Assembly (NCBI GenBank): GCA_977017645.1
Contig: OZ360220.1
Coordinates: 134,850,001-134,914,000 of the forward strand
DNA from: Torpedo marmorata
Lineage: Eukaryota
DNA: 64,000 nt
Direction: 5' to 3'
Of this stretch, positions 48,433-59,877 are shown piece after piece (within the stretch, counting starts at the first letter, position 1; each line of letters opens with the position of its first letter). Position numbers and translations under genes: made by a program. Under the pieces are notes generated by a model. The model searched no databases. It was not told the DNA's origin and saw only the letters and a list, made by a program, of their open reading frames with translations.

Positions 48433-51400
48433 TGTGGCGGCCTGCCGCGGCGGCGATCAAGCCGGCGCTCCGGGCGGCGAGCGCAACCAAAGGCCAGCAG
48501 CCCGCGCAGCAAGCGAACCGGCTGGTGAAGGGCAAGGGCAGCTTTAAGGCCAGCGACCCCGAAATGGCGCTGGCCTTGCTGCGCAGCCAACAGACAGGGA
48601 CAGCGTGCGGGGAAGAAGGGTATTGTTATGCAGGAAGTACCTGCGCGCGGGTAACTCGCTTTTGTTATGCATGTTGTGACGTCAGCAAAAGGAGGCCACG
48701 GCGGGAACAGTGCAAATATAAAAGTCGGGCCTGAGCCCTAATAAAAACTCAGAGCTTAACCTGACTACACTACGTGTGTGTGTGTTCTATCAAGTAGCGC
48801 ACGGCTACAATTGGTGACCCCGACAGTTTACACGGCATCTAAACCCAGCGATGAGTGAACAGGCAGCAGACAACGCGGTCACTCTCAAGCTGCCGACCTT
48901 CTGGACGAATCAACCACGCGTGTGGTTTAACCAGGCTGAGGCACAGTTCCAGATCCGGCAGATCACAGCAGAATCCACCCGGTACTACCACGTGGTGAGC
49001 GCCCTGAACCAGGACACAGCAGGCTGGGTGGCCAACTTCATCCAGGAGTCCCCATCAGAAGGCGCGTACACCGCCTTCAAGGACTTGCTGATTGAGACCT
49101 TTGGGCTCTCACGGCATGAGAGAGGGGTACGTCTGCTCCACCTGTACGGGCTAGGGGACTGGTCCCCGTCAGCCCTCATGAACGAGATGCTGGCCTTCCT
49201 GGGCAAACACGAGCCCTGCATCATGTTCGAACAGGCATTCCTGGAGCAAATGCCCGAGGACATCCAACTGCTCCTGGCTGACGTGGATTTCAGTGACCCC
49301 CGGAAAAATCGCAGCACGAGCAGACGTTCTGTGGAAACAGAAGAGAGAGTGCTCGGCATCCGTGGGGCTCGTCACTAAACCCCGCAGCCAGACCCGTGCA
49401 GAGCCGTTGGAAGAACAGCAGCGCCCCAGAGGAGGTGATCTAGACGACCAGTGGTGTTTCTACCATCAGAGATGGGGCGCCGGTGCAGGCCGCCACGTAC
49501 GTTTCAGGGTAACGCTGGGCCCAGCCGTCGCTAATGGCCTCGACGGCTGGCCACCAAGACAGCCTCCTGTACGTTTGGGACCGCCAGTCCAGACGACGCT
49601 TCCTCGTGGACACAGGAGCAGAGGTCAGCGTCCTGCCCCCGTCGGGACAGGACACCAGGAACAGGCAGTCAGGCCCCACGCTGAGGGCTGCCAACAACAG
49701 CACGATTCGGACCTACGGCACCCGCAAGACCCAACTGCTGTTGGGAGGCAGCCCCTTCTCTTAGTTGTTCACGCTGGCTGCAGTGAAAAAGCCGCTCCTC
49801 GGGACAGACTTACTGCACGACCACAGCCTGCTAGTGGACCTCAAGGGAAGGAGATTAGTCCAGCCAAGACTTTTCAAACCTTCCTCCTCAAAGACGCCAG
49901 GCTCCCAGCACGCCACCTGAACTCCGTACAGAGATCGGACAAGAGTACGCCAGGGTCCTGGCCGAGTTCCCTACAGTGCTCACCCCCCAATTCACCACGG
50001 TGATGCCCCGACATGGAGTACAGCACCACATCCTGACCCAGGGCCCGCCGCTCCACGCAAGGGCAAGACGCCTTCCTCCGGAGAAGCTCCAGCTGGCAAA
50101 GAAGCTGGAGGAGCTCGGCATCGTACAGCGGTCGGACAGTCCATGGGCTTCTCCCCTGCACATGGTACCCAAAGCAACTGGGGGCTGGAGACCATGCGGC
50201 GACTACCGCCGGCTCAACGAGGCCACAACACCGGATCGGTACCCCGTGCCACACATCCAGGACTTCGCGGCTAACCTGCACGGGGCAAGGATCTTCTCCA
50301 AGGTGGACCTCGTGAGGGGATATCATCAGATCCCGGTACACCCCGATGATATCCCCAAGACCACCATCATTATCCCGTTCAGCCTCTTCTAATTCCTCCG
50401 AATGCCGTTCCAGCGACTCATGGACTCAGTGGGCCGAGACCTGGACGGCACCTTCATGTACCTGGATGACATCCTGGTGGCGAGCAGGAACCAACAGGAG
50501 CATATGACGCACATCCGCAACCTCTACACCCGACTGAGCGAGTTCGGCCTGACGATCAACCCAGCCAAATGCCAGTTCAGATTGGAGGCCATCGACTTCC
50601 TGGGCCACAGGATAACCAGGGAAGGAGCCACACTGCTACCCAGCAAAGGACATCACCTGGGACGAGGAGTCAGCGGAAGCCTTCGTGAAGGCCAAGGAAG
50701 CCCTGGCGGACACCGCTCTCCTGGCACATCCCAGGTCAGACGCTCCAACGGCCCCGATGGTGGATGCCTCAGCAACGGCGATCGGCGGAGTTCTGGAGCA
50801 GCAGATCGAGGGAAGTTGGCGGCCGCTGGCTTTCTTCAGCAAACATCTGCGGCCTCCAGAACTGAAGTACAGCGCTTTCGACAGAGAGCTACTGGCGCTG
50901 TACTTAGCCATCCACCACTTCAGGTTCTTCCTAGAGGGAAGGTCCTTCACGGCTTTTACAGATCACAAGCCCCTGACTTTCGCCTTGGCTAAGATCTCGG
51001 ACCCCTGGTCAGCCCGCCAGCAACGGCACCTGTCTAACATCTTGGAGTACACCACAGATGTAAGGCACGTCTCCGGTAAGGACAACGTGGTGGCCGACGC
51101 ACTGTCCAGGCAAAGTATCCACGCACTATCAAGAGGAGTTGGCTTCGTGGCACTGGCGGATGCGCAGCAGAAAGACGAGATGCCGCCCCAGTACAGGACT
51201 GCCATATCGGGACTGCAGCTCCAGGACATCCCAGTCGGCACAGGTAACACCACCCTCCTGTGCGACGTGGCCACCGGTCAGGTCAGATCCATCGTCCCGG
51301 CGGCTTGAAGACGACAGGTTTTCGACTCCATCCACGGACTGGCACACCCATCCGTCAGGACCACGGTTCGGCTGGTGGCTAGCAAATGTGTGGCATGGAT

Positions 51401-52526
51401 TGCGGAAACAGGTCAGCGGGTGGGCGAAGGCATGCATGCAATGCCAAACAACCAAGGTACAGCAGCACACCAAGACCCCACCTCAGCTCTTCGAGCCCGC
51501 AGAACGAAGGTTCGACAACATCCACGTGGACATAGTAGGACCCTTGGCGGTATCCCAGGGTTTCCGCTATCTGTTCACGATGGTCGACTGCTTCATCAGG
51601 TGGCCAGAAGCAGTCCCGCTGGCAGACACGTGTCCACAACCTCGTGCACCAGGGCCCTCATCTCGTCCTGGGTGGCACGGTTCGGGTTACCATCCCACAT
51701 CACATCAGACAGAGGGGCCCAGTTCACCTCCAGTCTGTAGTCTGACCTCGCCAGCCTGTGGGGAGCCCAGCTGCATCACACAACAGCTTACCACCCACAG
51801 TCCAATGGATTGGTGGAGCACTTCCACAGGCACCTCAAGACCGCGCTCATGACCAGACTCCAAGGTCCCAACTGGGTAGACGAGCTACCATGGGCGCTGT
51901 TGGGCATCCGCATGGCACCCAAGGAGGACCTCAACACCTCTTCGGCCAAACTTGTCTATGGAGCTCCACTGGTGGTCCCAGGAGAATTCGTATCATCCCC
52001 AGGCGGGCAGCAGGACGACTCTGCAGCGTTCCTCAGCAGGCTAAGGGAAAGAGTCGGCAACCTGGCCCCGATTCCACCTTCCAGGCACGGACACGCGAGG
52101 ACCAACATACCCAGAGACCTGCAGGACTGTGAGTATGTTTTCATTCGCAGGGGTCCACATCGTCCACCGCTTCAGAGGCCATACGAAGGTCCGTTCTGGG
52201 TCATCCACAACAATGGGGCCACGTTCGAGCTGGAGGTTGGAGACAAGGCGGAGGTCTTCACCACAGACAGGCTGAAGCCGGCACACCCGGTTGACACCAG
52301 CACCACGCCGAAGAGGCAGGCCACCGAGACTTTGCCTCTGGGCACCAAGGACAATGCTGCCGGTTCTGGGGGGGAGGGGGTCATGTGGTGGCCCGCCGCG
52401 GCGGCAATCAAGCCGGCTCTCTGGGCGGCGAGCGCAACCAAAGGCCAGCAGCCCGCACAGCGGCACTAGCACCAACAAGCAAACCAGCGGGTGAACGGCA
52501 AGGGCAGCTTAAAGGCCAGCGACCCC
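48433..52526 (+). mobile_element. Ty3/Gypsy LTR retrotransposon, CsRn1-like, frameshifted, 3' LTR truncated
   Basis: 5' LTR 48433-48809 (TGT...ACA); PBS TGGTGACCCCGAC; gag LKLP.FW...WF.QAEAQF and WCFYHQRWG; PR FLVDTGA; [12 protein letters not shown] and YLDD; RH VDAS and TDHKPL; INT HVDIVGPL and SDRGAQF; PPT; 3' LTR 52384-52526. Confidence 0.92.
48812..48824 (+). other. Primer-binding site, tRNA-Trp
   Basis: TGGTGACCCCGAC is complementary to the tRNA-Trp 3' end. Confidence 0.85.
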
Positions 52527-53369
52527 AACATTTTTGCCCAACAAAAATAGAATGTACCTTTAAGGTTTCAATTAACTCAATACCCACAGCCACTTGAGGA
52601 AGAATTGCCTCTCTTTACTATCCTTTGGAATGGAAAGAACCTTCCAAATTTACCTGCAAATGGTGTTACCCTACTTTCCTTACACTGGACTGAATTGTTT
52701 CTATGCATTGAGCCTCATACATACTTCCAAAATTATAAGATTATTGGGCAACCTCTTAAACTTAATTGAGCATCAAACAAACACATTCCATTCTTGGGTC
52801 AGGCAACTCAACGGCGGTCCCACTGAACACACAGACGTGATCTCACAGCTGTACACCACTTTGAATGAGTATTTGGTCACCAAAACATCAGATGTGTAGG
52901 ATCAATGAAAATGCGAGTTGAAAAAGAGGCAATGTTTATCTTTGACTTTTACTATCCTGATGATAATATAATGCAAAAATAGAGGAATTGCAAGCAATTA
53001 ATTTCTATCAATTAGTTGACAATAACTTCAGTCATAAACTGACTAACAGCCTGTATGGTGCAATTTATGAGTAATAGTTCAAAGTCACCTAATCCTTCCA
53101 TGTAGATTACTGCAACTGCATGCCTCGTCCTAAATTACGAATACTTTGTAACCTACACCATCAGAATGAATCAATGCTAATTGCTTCCAACATTAGCCTC
53201 AGGACATTGATTCACAGAATGACCACATACTCAGTCAGATAGTGTTTCTGCCAAAAACAGGAAGGCAATAAGTAAAACTAAAAGCTAATATCGGGAAGAC
53301 TGCATTAAGAAAGCAAATACCAATACCAATAAACACATATGACAATTTAAAGTAAAAGAAAGATATTAC

Positions 53370-53525
53370 CTATCATTTAGTTCCTGGGCAATGGAAAGAT
53401 GTTTGAGATGGTAGTCAATTGCTTTCTCATAATCTTCCAGCAGAGTGTACGTGTTGCCCAGGCTGTAACAAGCTTGAGCTTCAATTGCCTGGTCCTTCAG
53501 CTGCCTTGATATATGAAGAGTTTTT
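53370..53525 (-). CDS. GPSM1: GPSM1/AGS3 coding exon (TPR region), 156 bp, phase 2 to 2
   Basis: tttccacag|AAAAACT...GATAG|gtaata gives KTLHISRQLKDQAIEAQACYSLGNTYTLLEDYEKAIDYHLKHLSIAQELNDR, in frame with both neighbouring exons. Confidence 0.92.
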
Positions 53526-54092
53526 CTGTGGAAATAAAAGTAAAAAGCCTCCTGACAAAGTTGATCAAATAGATTCCTAATAAGGATAATGCAATATGAT
53601 CAGAAAACAAGCATTATTTACATACTTTATAAAAAAAATCTGATCCCCTATACCATCACAAAAATTCTTCAGTTGTTACTTTATGCACCTTTAACAGGAG
53701 AAGCAACAAAATTTACCAACGAACCTTCCAAAATTAGAAAGGATGCTATGCTTTACCAATACGTCCAAGGCTAGATAACAATGCCATCACCACAATTTTG
53801 CTTGTTGGAGTTTACTGTGGTTAAACTAGTTGATAGGCTTCTTACATCACGACATAAGTAGTACTGTATAGTGGTATAGTATTTTGGAGCGGACCTTTGC
53901 ATAAGCAAATGCTTTAAAAGTAGATTTGCTCTTTTTCTTCAAAGCCGAACATTAAAAGCCAGCACGTATGCAAAATCAACAAGCTATTTTCTGGCATAAG
54001 CAATTTCACCTCCCAGAGAAAGATCCTGCTGTTGGAAATAAATGATTTCTATAATGTGCAATAAAGAAAAGGAGGCAAATGATGACATTTTC

Positions 54093-54910
54093 AGGAGGAG
54101 GGAAGGAGAGGGAAAGGGTGGAAGGAGAGGGAGGAGAGAGGGGAAGAAGGAGGAGGGGAGGAGAAGGGGAGAGGAAGGAGGGGAGGAGAGGGGGAGGAGA
54201 GGGGGAGGAGGGGAGAGGAAAGGCAGGAGGGGAGGAGATGAGAGGGACGGAGAGGAGGGGAGCGGAGGGGCGGGGAAGAGGGGAGGGAGTTGAGGGGAGG
54301 GGTGGGAGAAAACACGAGGGAAGGGCAGGAGGGGAGAGGAAGGGCAGGAGAGGAGAAGACAGGAGGGGAGAGGAAGGGCAGGAGAGAAGGAGGACAGGAG
54401 GGGAGAGGAAGGGCAGCAGAGATGAGGGGAGGGGAGCACAAGTAGGGGAGGGGAGGGGAGGGGAGGGGATGGAGGAGAAGGGGCGTGGGTAGGGGGCCGG
54501 GAAGTGCGGGGGTGTGGGCTAGGAGCGTGGAGGGGCAGGGACAGGGAGGTGAGGGGCGGGGAAGGGCTGGAACAGGCAGAGTGGGGGGGTGGGAGAGGAC
54601 AGAAAGAGGAGGGAGGGGAGGGGCTGGAGACGGTGCGAAGGGGAGGAGCGGAGGGCGTGGGTGGGGGTTGGGAAGTGCGGGGTGGGGACGGGGGGGCGGC
54701 AGGAAAAGGGGGAGGGGCAGGAGAGGGCGGGGAGTGGAGAGGCGGGCGAGGACAGGAGGGGCAGAGTCGGAGGGAGAGGCAGAGATGGAGAGGAGGAGAC
54801 GGGGCGGGAGAGGGAGAGACGGGGGAGATGGGACGGAGCGGTGCGGGAGAGGAGGTCGAGGGGAGAGGGAGAGGAGGGGCGGGGCGGGAGAGGAGGCGAG
54901 GGGCAGGAGA
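54093..54910. repeat. About 800-bp G/A-rich low-complexity tract
   Basis: Nearly pure purine on the plus strand in the first half, G-rich throughout, with many GGG/GGGG runs. Confidence 0.95.
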
Positions 54911-56324
54911 TATATAAAATATTAGTGTGATGAAATGTGTTCAACTAAACCGTAATGAGTTGGTGAGAGGGGTAATGTAATTAAGAGGCAGAGTCAGTGA
55001 TATTCTTGGCTCAGAAATGTTCTTTAGTAAACCATTGTTCATTTATGCAATGAAAAGATTAATGTTAACTGATTCAGTGGATAGAATTCTCGTATCGAGT
55101 CAGAAAGACGTGCTAAATTCTAACATTGAAGACTTCAGCATATAATTCACGATGACTCACTGCAATCCTACGTTGCTGCATTGTTAGAGGTGACGAAGTG
55201 AGGCTCCTTCAGCTCTCTCAAGTGGATGCAAAATACAATCATAATGGTTGTTCTCCTTCAAGTTCTGTTCAACAGTTATCCCTTCACCACCACCACGTAA
55301 CACAAAATAATGGATGATTATCTCATTTTAGAGGGATCTCAATGCACACAGTGATTATCTTGTTGGAGTTAGAACATTTCAAAACATATTTCCTGCCGAG
55401 CTGCCATGATTACAACAGTTCAGACATTTTAGAAGAATTTGATTGGTCGCAAAATAATTTTAAAAATCTTCAGCAGGTACAAGGCTCTATGCAAATATAT
55501 GGTTATTTTACAAATAGAGGGTTCCTTACAAATTTGCTTAGTTTATCAAAAATAGATAATTCCAGCATCAGAATTCAACCCACTGCACTTTATAAAAACA
55601 CACTGGCAACCAGCACAAATTCTGCTACGAGTTCAGTAAACTACTCGCCTGACAACTTGGCCAATAAACAGAAAACCCATCAACAAGATTAAATCATTCA
55701 CACAAGTAAATATGGTGCAGAGAACAAGGCCCAGAGAACATTTTCCAGCACTAAATGTGGAAGAATATCCACCCAGGTGATGGCAGATCATTTGTTACAA
55801 CAGAGTATTTGTATTACTTCCTCTCTTGTTCCCTAATCTCTCAGTGCTGAAAGCAGCCAGTTTCCTCGACTGTCTCTTTGAAATAACTGTTCCACCAAAA
55901 TGCTTGAAACTGTGATGTGGCTCTGCAGGCTACTTTTTTAATTTGCTCTTCAGCTGGGAGTTGAAATAGCCAGTCTCAATTGGTATTGAAAATGTTGATT
56001 GATGTCCCTGTTCCCTGCCAGTCAAATGCACAGCCCCACTGGTGCTCCAGCTAAGAAAGGCAGTAGCTGGAAAATACTGCCTTAAAAGGTCAGATGATGA
56101 TTCAATACATTTTGAAATGGAAATGGATATGTTTTTAAAGAGAGAATGAACACTGAAGGTCTTGAGGGAAAGACAAAGGATTAATTGGATGAACAAATTA
56201 CAAACAAGATCTTGCTGATGTCTGAATACTAGACAAAAAAAAAATCAAAGAAAATAATTGAAAACGTAATGTCATGCATCAACACAAATGATTCTGGTTA
56301 CTAGAAATAAGATGAAGTCTTTCA

Positions 56325-57040
56325 AGATCAGCTTGTTGAGTGGTGTCACACCAACAAACTTGCATTCAACATTAGCAAGACCATGGAGATGATTGTGGAC
56401 TTCAGGAGGAAGTCAGGAGAACATGAACCAGTCCTCCGAGTGCTCAGTCGTGGATCAAGAACTTCAAATTTCTGGGTGTCAACATCTCCAAGGATCTGTC
56501 TTGGAGCCTCCATGTCGATGCAATCACGAAGAAGGCTCGTCAGCGACTATACTTTGTGAGGTGTTTGAGGAGATTCGGTATGTCACCGAAGACACTTGAA
56601 AACCTCTACAGGTGTACCGTGGAGAGCATTCTGGCTGGTTGCATCACTGTCTGGTACAGAGGTGCCAACACTCAGGACAAGAAAAAACTCGAGGGTTGTT
56701 AACTCGGCCTGTGACATCACGGGCACCAAACTTCACTCCATCGAGGACATTTAAGAAAGCAGCCTCTATCCTCAAGGACCCCCACACCCAGGCCATGCCC
56801 TCTTCACTCTGCTACCATCAGGAAAAAGGTACAGGAGCCTAAAGACGAGCACTCAGCGGCACAGCTTCTTCCCCGCTGCCATCCTGAATGATAAATGAAC
56901 TAAAGACACTGCCTTACTTTGACTTTTCGTGCACTATTTTTATTTATTTTTGCAAGGTGGTTTATATGAATGTTTGCACTGTGATGCTGCCACAAAACAA
57001 CAAATTTTGTGACTTGTTCATGACAAGCAATTCTGATTCC
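56325..57040 (+). mobile_element. Rex1/Babar-like LINE 3' fragment
   Basis: Decayed FKFLGV.IS.DLSW, YRCTVESILAGCITVWY and HPGH..F.LLPSG; tail attctgattc. Confidence 0.8.
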
Positions 57041-57658
57041 AAAGTAGAGGAGGAGGGTGTAACTCTTTCTCCAACACATTCAATGCAGTTTGGATGAATT
57101 TTAATTATAAGCACATATCTCATGTGCCTTTGTCCAGACTTGACCTGCACCAAAACCAACATATGACAGAGTCTAACATCGATCATCACAGAGGCTTGCA
57201 CAGTGCAGAGACAGGAGTCCATTTAAAGATCTTGCTTATAATTATCATGAGATCAGTAACTATTGTGAAATTGCTGTTTATGGTAAATGACAACAGCCTT
57301 CTGCTAAAAATCTTTTTTGCCTGATGCTTGCATATTTTGTTTGAAAGAAAACTTGGCAATACAAATTTAAAAGAAAATCAGACTAACTCACTGTGAACGG
57401 TGGGAACTTGGGAGTGAATATTGCAAGAGACACCTTCATTAACAACCAATGAAGTACAGATATACTAATGTGAATACTCCAGTGTATTCATCTAAGCAAC
57501 AAAGTGAAGTATGAAATACATCTGCAAAATCATGTTTTCAGTGCAATATGAAATGTGAATGGTAGAGTGAAAAAGCCTGTTAATAGTTATTCCAACTTTA
57601 TTGCGAATTCTAATTAATTTCCAGCCCAGAATACTCATTGGGTAACACTATATTTATA

Positions 57659-58349
57659 CAGTAGAATCTCCATTATCCGGAATTCAATCAACCAGAAACC
57701 CAAACAACCAGCAAAAACAATTGAGGGAATAAATAAAATGCAGAATAGATCAGAACAAATAAAATTTTAAATAAAAGTTTAAAATTGTTAAATGTTCTCC
57801 GAAGATGGGACCAAACATTCAGCCAGCCCTGGTTGTGCCCCACCCGCAGCAGCTGGTTGAATAAAGTCTTGTTTGAATAAAATGGCGGCGCCCAGGATGA
57901 AGAGCCGGCCAATGCCGCTCACCGCTGGGGCGACTCTCCCAAAGTGTCTCCCTATCCTTGCCTAGTAAGAATCTTTATCTTTATTTGTATTAGGTATATT
58001 AGTAAGGCTTTATCTGTAAACTTGGGGGAGGGCAGGTTAATTATGAGGGCAGCACAGTTAGCGTAGTGGTAGGTGCAACGCTGTTACAGCGCCAGCAACT
58101 GGGGTTCGAATTTAAATTTTGTAAGTTACGGGAACTACCTGATTAAAGTCAACTTTACATAATTAAATACTACAATACTCTTTTTTTTCAAATTACTTTA
58201 CATTTTGCACTGTGTTTTGTCTTTTAAACTGTGTATTCTTAATGCAGGTGTATTAGTTAGGCATTGTAACAGTATGTCTCATCAACCAGGAAATTCGCAT
58301 ATGCGGCATCCACGATCCCCGTAAGTGCCAGATAATGGGGATTCTACTG
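57659..58349. mobile_element. Tigger-like MITE containing a SINE-head fragment (58047-58110)
   Basis: TIR CAGTAGAATC(T/C)CCATTATC(C/T)GG; TA flanks. Confidence 0.82.
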
Positions 58350-58701
58350 TAAAACACAAATGAGAGTTGTGTGATATTATTACAGAAATCTAATAATGAC
58401 ATATCTAGTTCACAAATGACGAAGCCTTCTGTTTACCCACAGTACACGATGGGTCACACAGCAACATTTCAGCACATATTTCAAACCCCATTTAATTTTG
58501 GATGAACATGCCATCCTTACTTCCAGCAGAAATTCCACATCATGTACTTGTTCTTAACCATTACTTGAATCTAAACAAAATCTGCAGTTATGGGGATAAT
58601 GTTGGAAAGTGGACCCGAGGTGGAAGTTTATCTTTGATATTAAATGGTAGAACAGGTTTGAGAAGCCAACTCCCATAATGAACCAAAGAACAAAATCTTA
58701 C

Positions 58702-58817
58702 TTGTAATATTCAGCAGCCACATCAAATTTCCCCAGAAATATGTGTGCATTTCCAAGATTGCTGTAGGCCCTTCTCTCAGCTACTTTATCTCCAAATTCT
58801 TTTGCTATTGAAAGCCG
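58702..58817 (-). CDS. GPSM1: GPSM1/AGS3 coding exon (TPR region), 116 bp, phase 0 to 2
   Basis: Minus strand tttttcag|CGGCTT...TACAA|gtaaga translates RLSIAKEFGDKVAERRAYSNLGNAHIFLGKFDVAAEYYK. AHIFLG.FDVAAEYYK matches GPSM1 as I recall it better than GPSM2. Confidence 0.92.
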
Positions 58818-58944
58818 CTGAAAAATAACGAATAGCAAATCAAATCACATCTACTAGTAATCTTGCAATTAGAATGGAAAATCATTCTAATATTCACAAC
58901 TTCTCACAGGTTGGGAACAACAAAGAAACCAACTTTTACAAAAA

Positions 58945-59550
58945 TTGGATCAACTGGAAAATCAAAGCCGAAGAAATAATATTAAAATATTAGGACTTCC
59001 TGAAAATGTTGAAAAACAAGATGTAACTCAATTCTTTCAAGATTGGCTTATGCAGGTTTTCTCTTTTGATAAGCCAGTGGAGTTGGAAAGAGCACACAGA
59101 ATCGGGAGGCGAAACCAACTGGTAGACCAAAGACCACGTCCAGTTTTGATGAAATGTCTCAGATACCAAGATAGAGAAAGAATACTAAGAGCAGCTATTC
59201 AGAATGCAAGAGAAAATAGATCTCCACTGATGATTAATGGAAGTAGAGTGCTCTTCTATCCAGATTTGAGTCCGGCGATAGTTAAAAGTCGGAAAGAATT
59301 TAATTCAACAAAAGCAATTCTTTGGCAAAAAGGATATAAATTTTCTTTTAAGTATCCTGCGGCTTTGAGAATTCAAAGTGAAGGAGATCAATTTATTCTG
59401 TTTATGGATCCCCAACAAGCGTATAAGCATGCACAAACTCTTCCTTATTTGTTTAAAGATCGAGAGGAAAGCGTCGTCAACAAGATCAAGAGAGTTCGCC
59501 ACTGCAAGTTTCTTCACCAAGTTCTTTACGAAGAGAGGAGAAGATTTTAG
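58945..59550 (+). pseudogene. L1 ORF1 (RRM-CTD part)
   Basis: RRNNIKILGLPE, ERAHRIG, PRPVL, FYPDLS, YPAAL motifs. Confidence 0.88.
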
Positions 59551-59877
59551 TCCAGATTGAAGAAGATCAAGATAATTTGGACATTGGATCAGTTAAATGA
59601 AGTTATGATTAATAGTGTTTTGTAAATCTGTTGTGGGGAGGTGGACTTTTTGTCTCTTCTTCCTAGTCATACACCACTTTAGTGGTGAGAGCCACTTCTC
59701 GAGCAATGGAGAGGGGTAATACTGGGGCAATTGTACCAGTATTTTATTCACTGGGGTTATTTTCTTTCTCTTTCTTTCTTTTTTTCTTTACTTTAGCTAA
59801 AAGGATGTTAAATAGTTTACAATTTTGGAGGAAAAAGATAGTGGATTTGATTGAAAGAGATTTGATAAAATTTAATT

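Noticed and set aside
53984-54944. Gly/Arg/Glu-rich and Pro/Ser-rich ORFs
   Set aside because: Products of the low-complexity purine tract.
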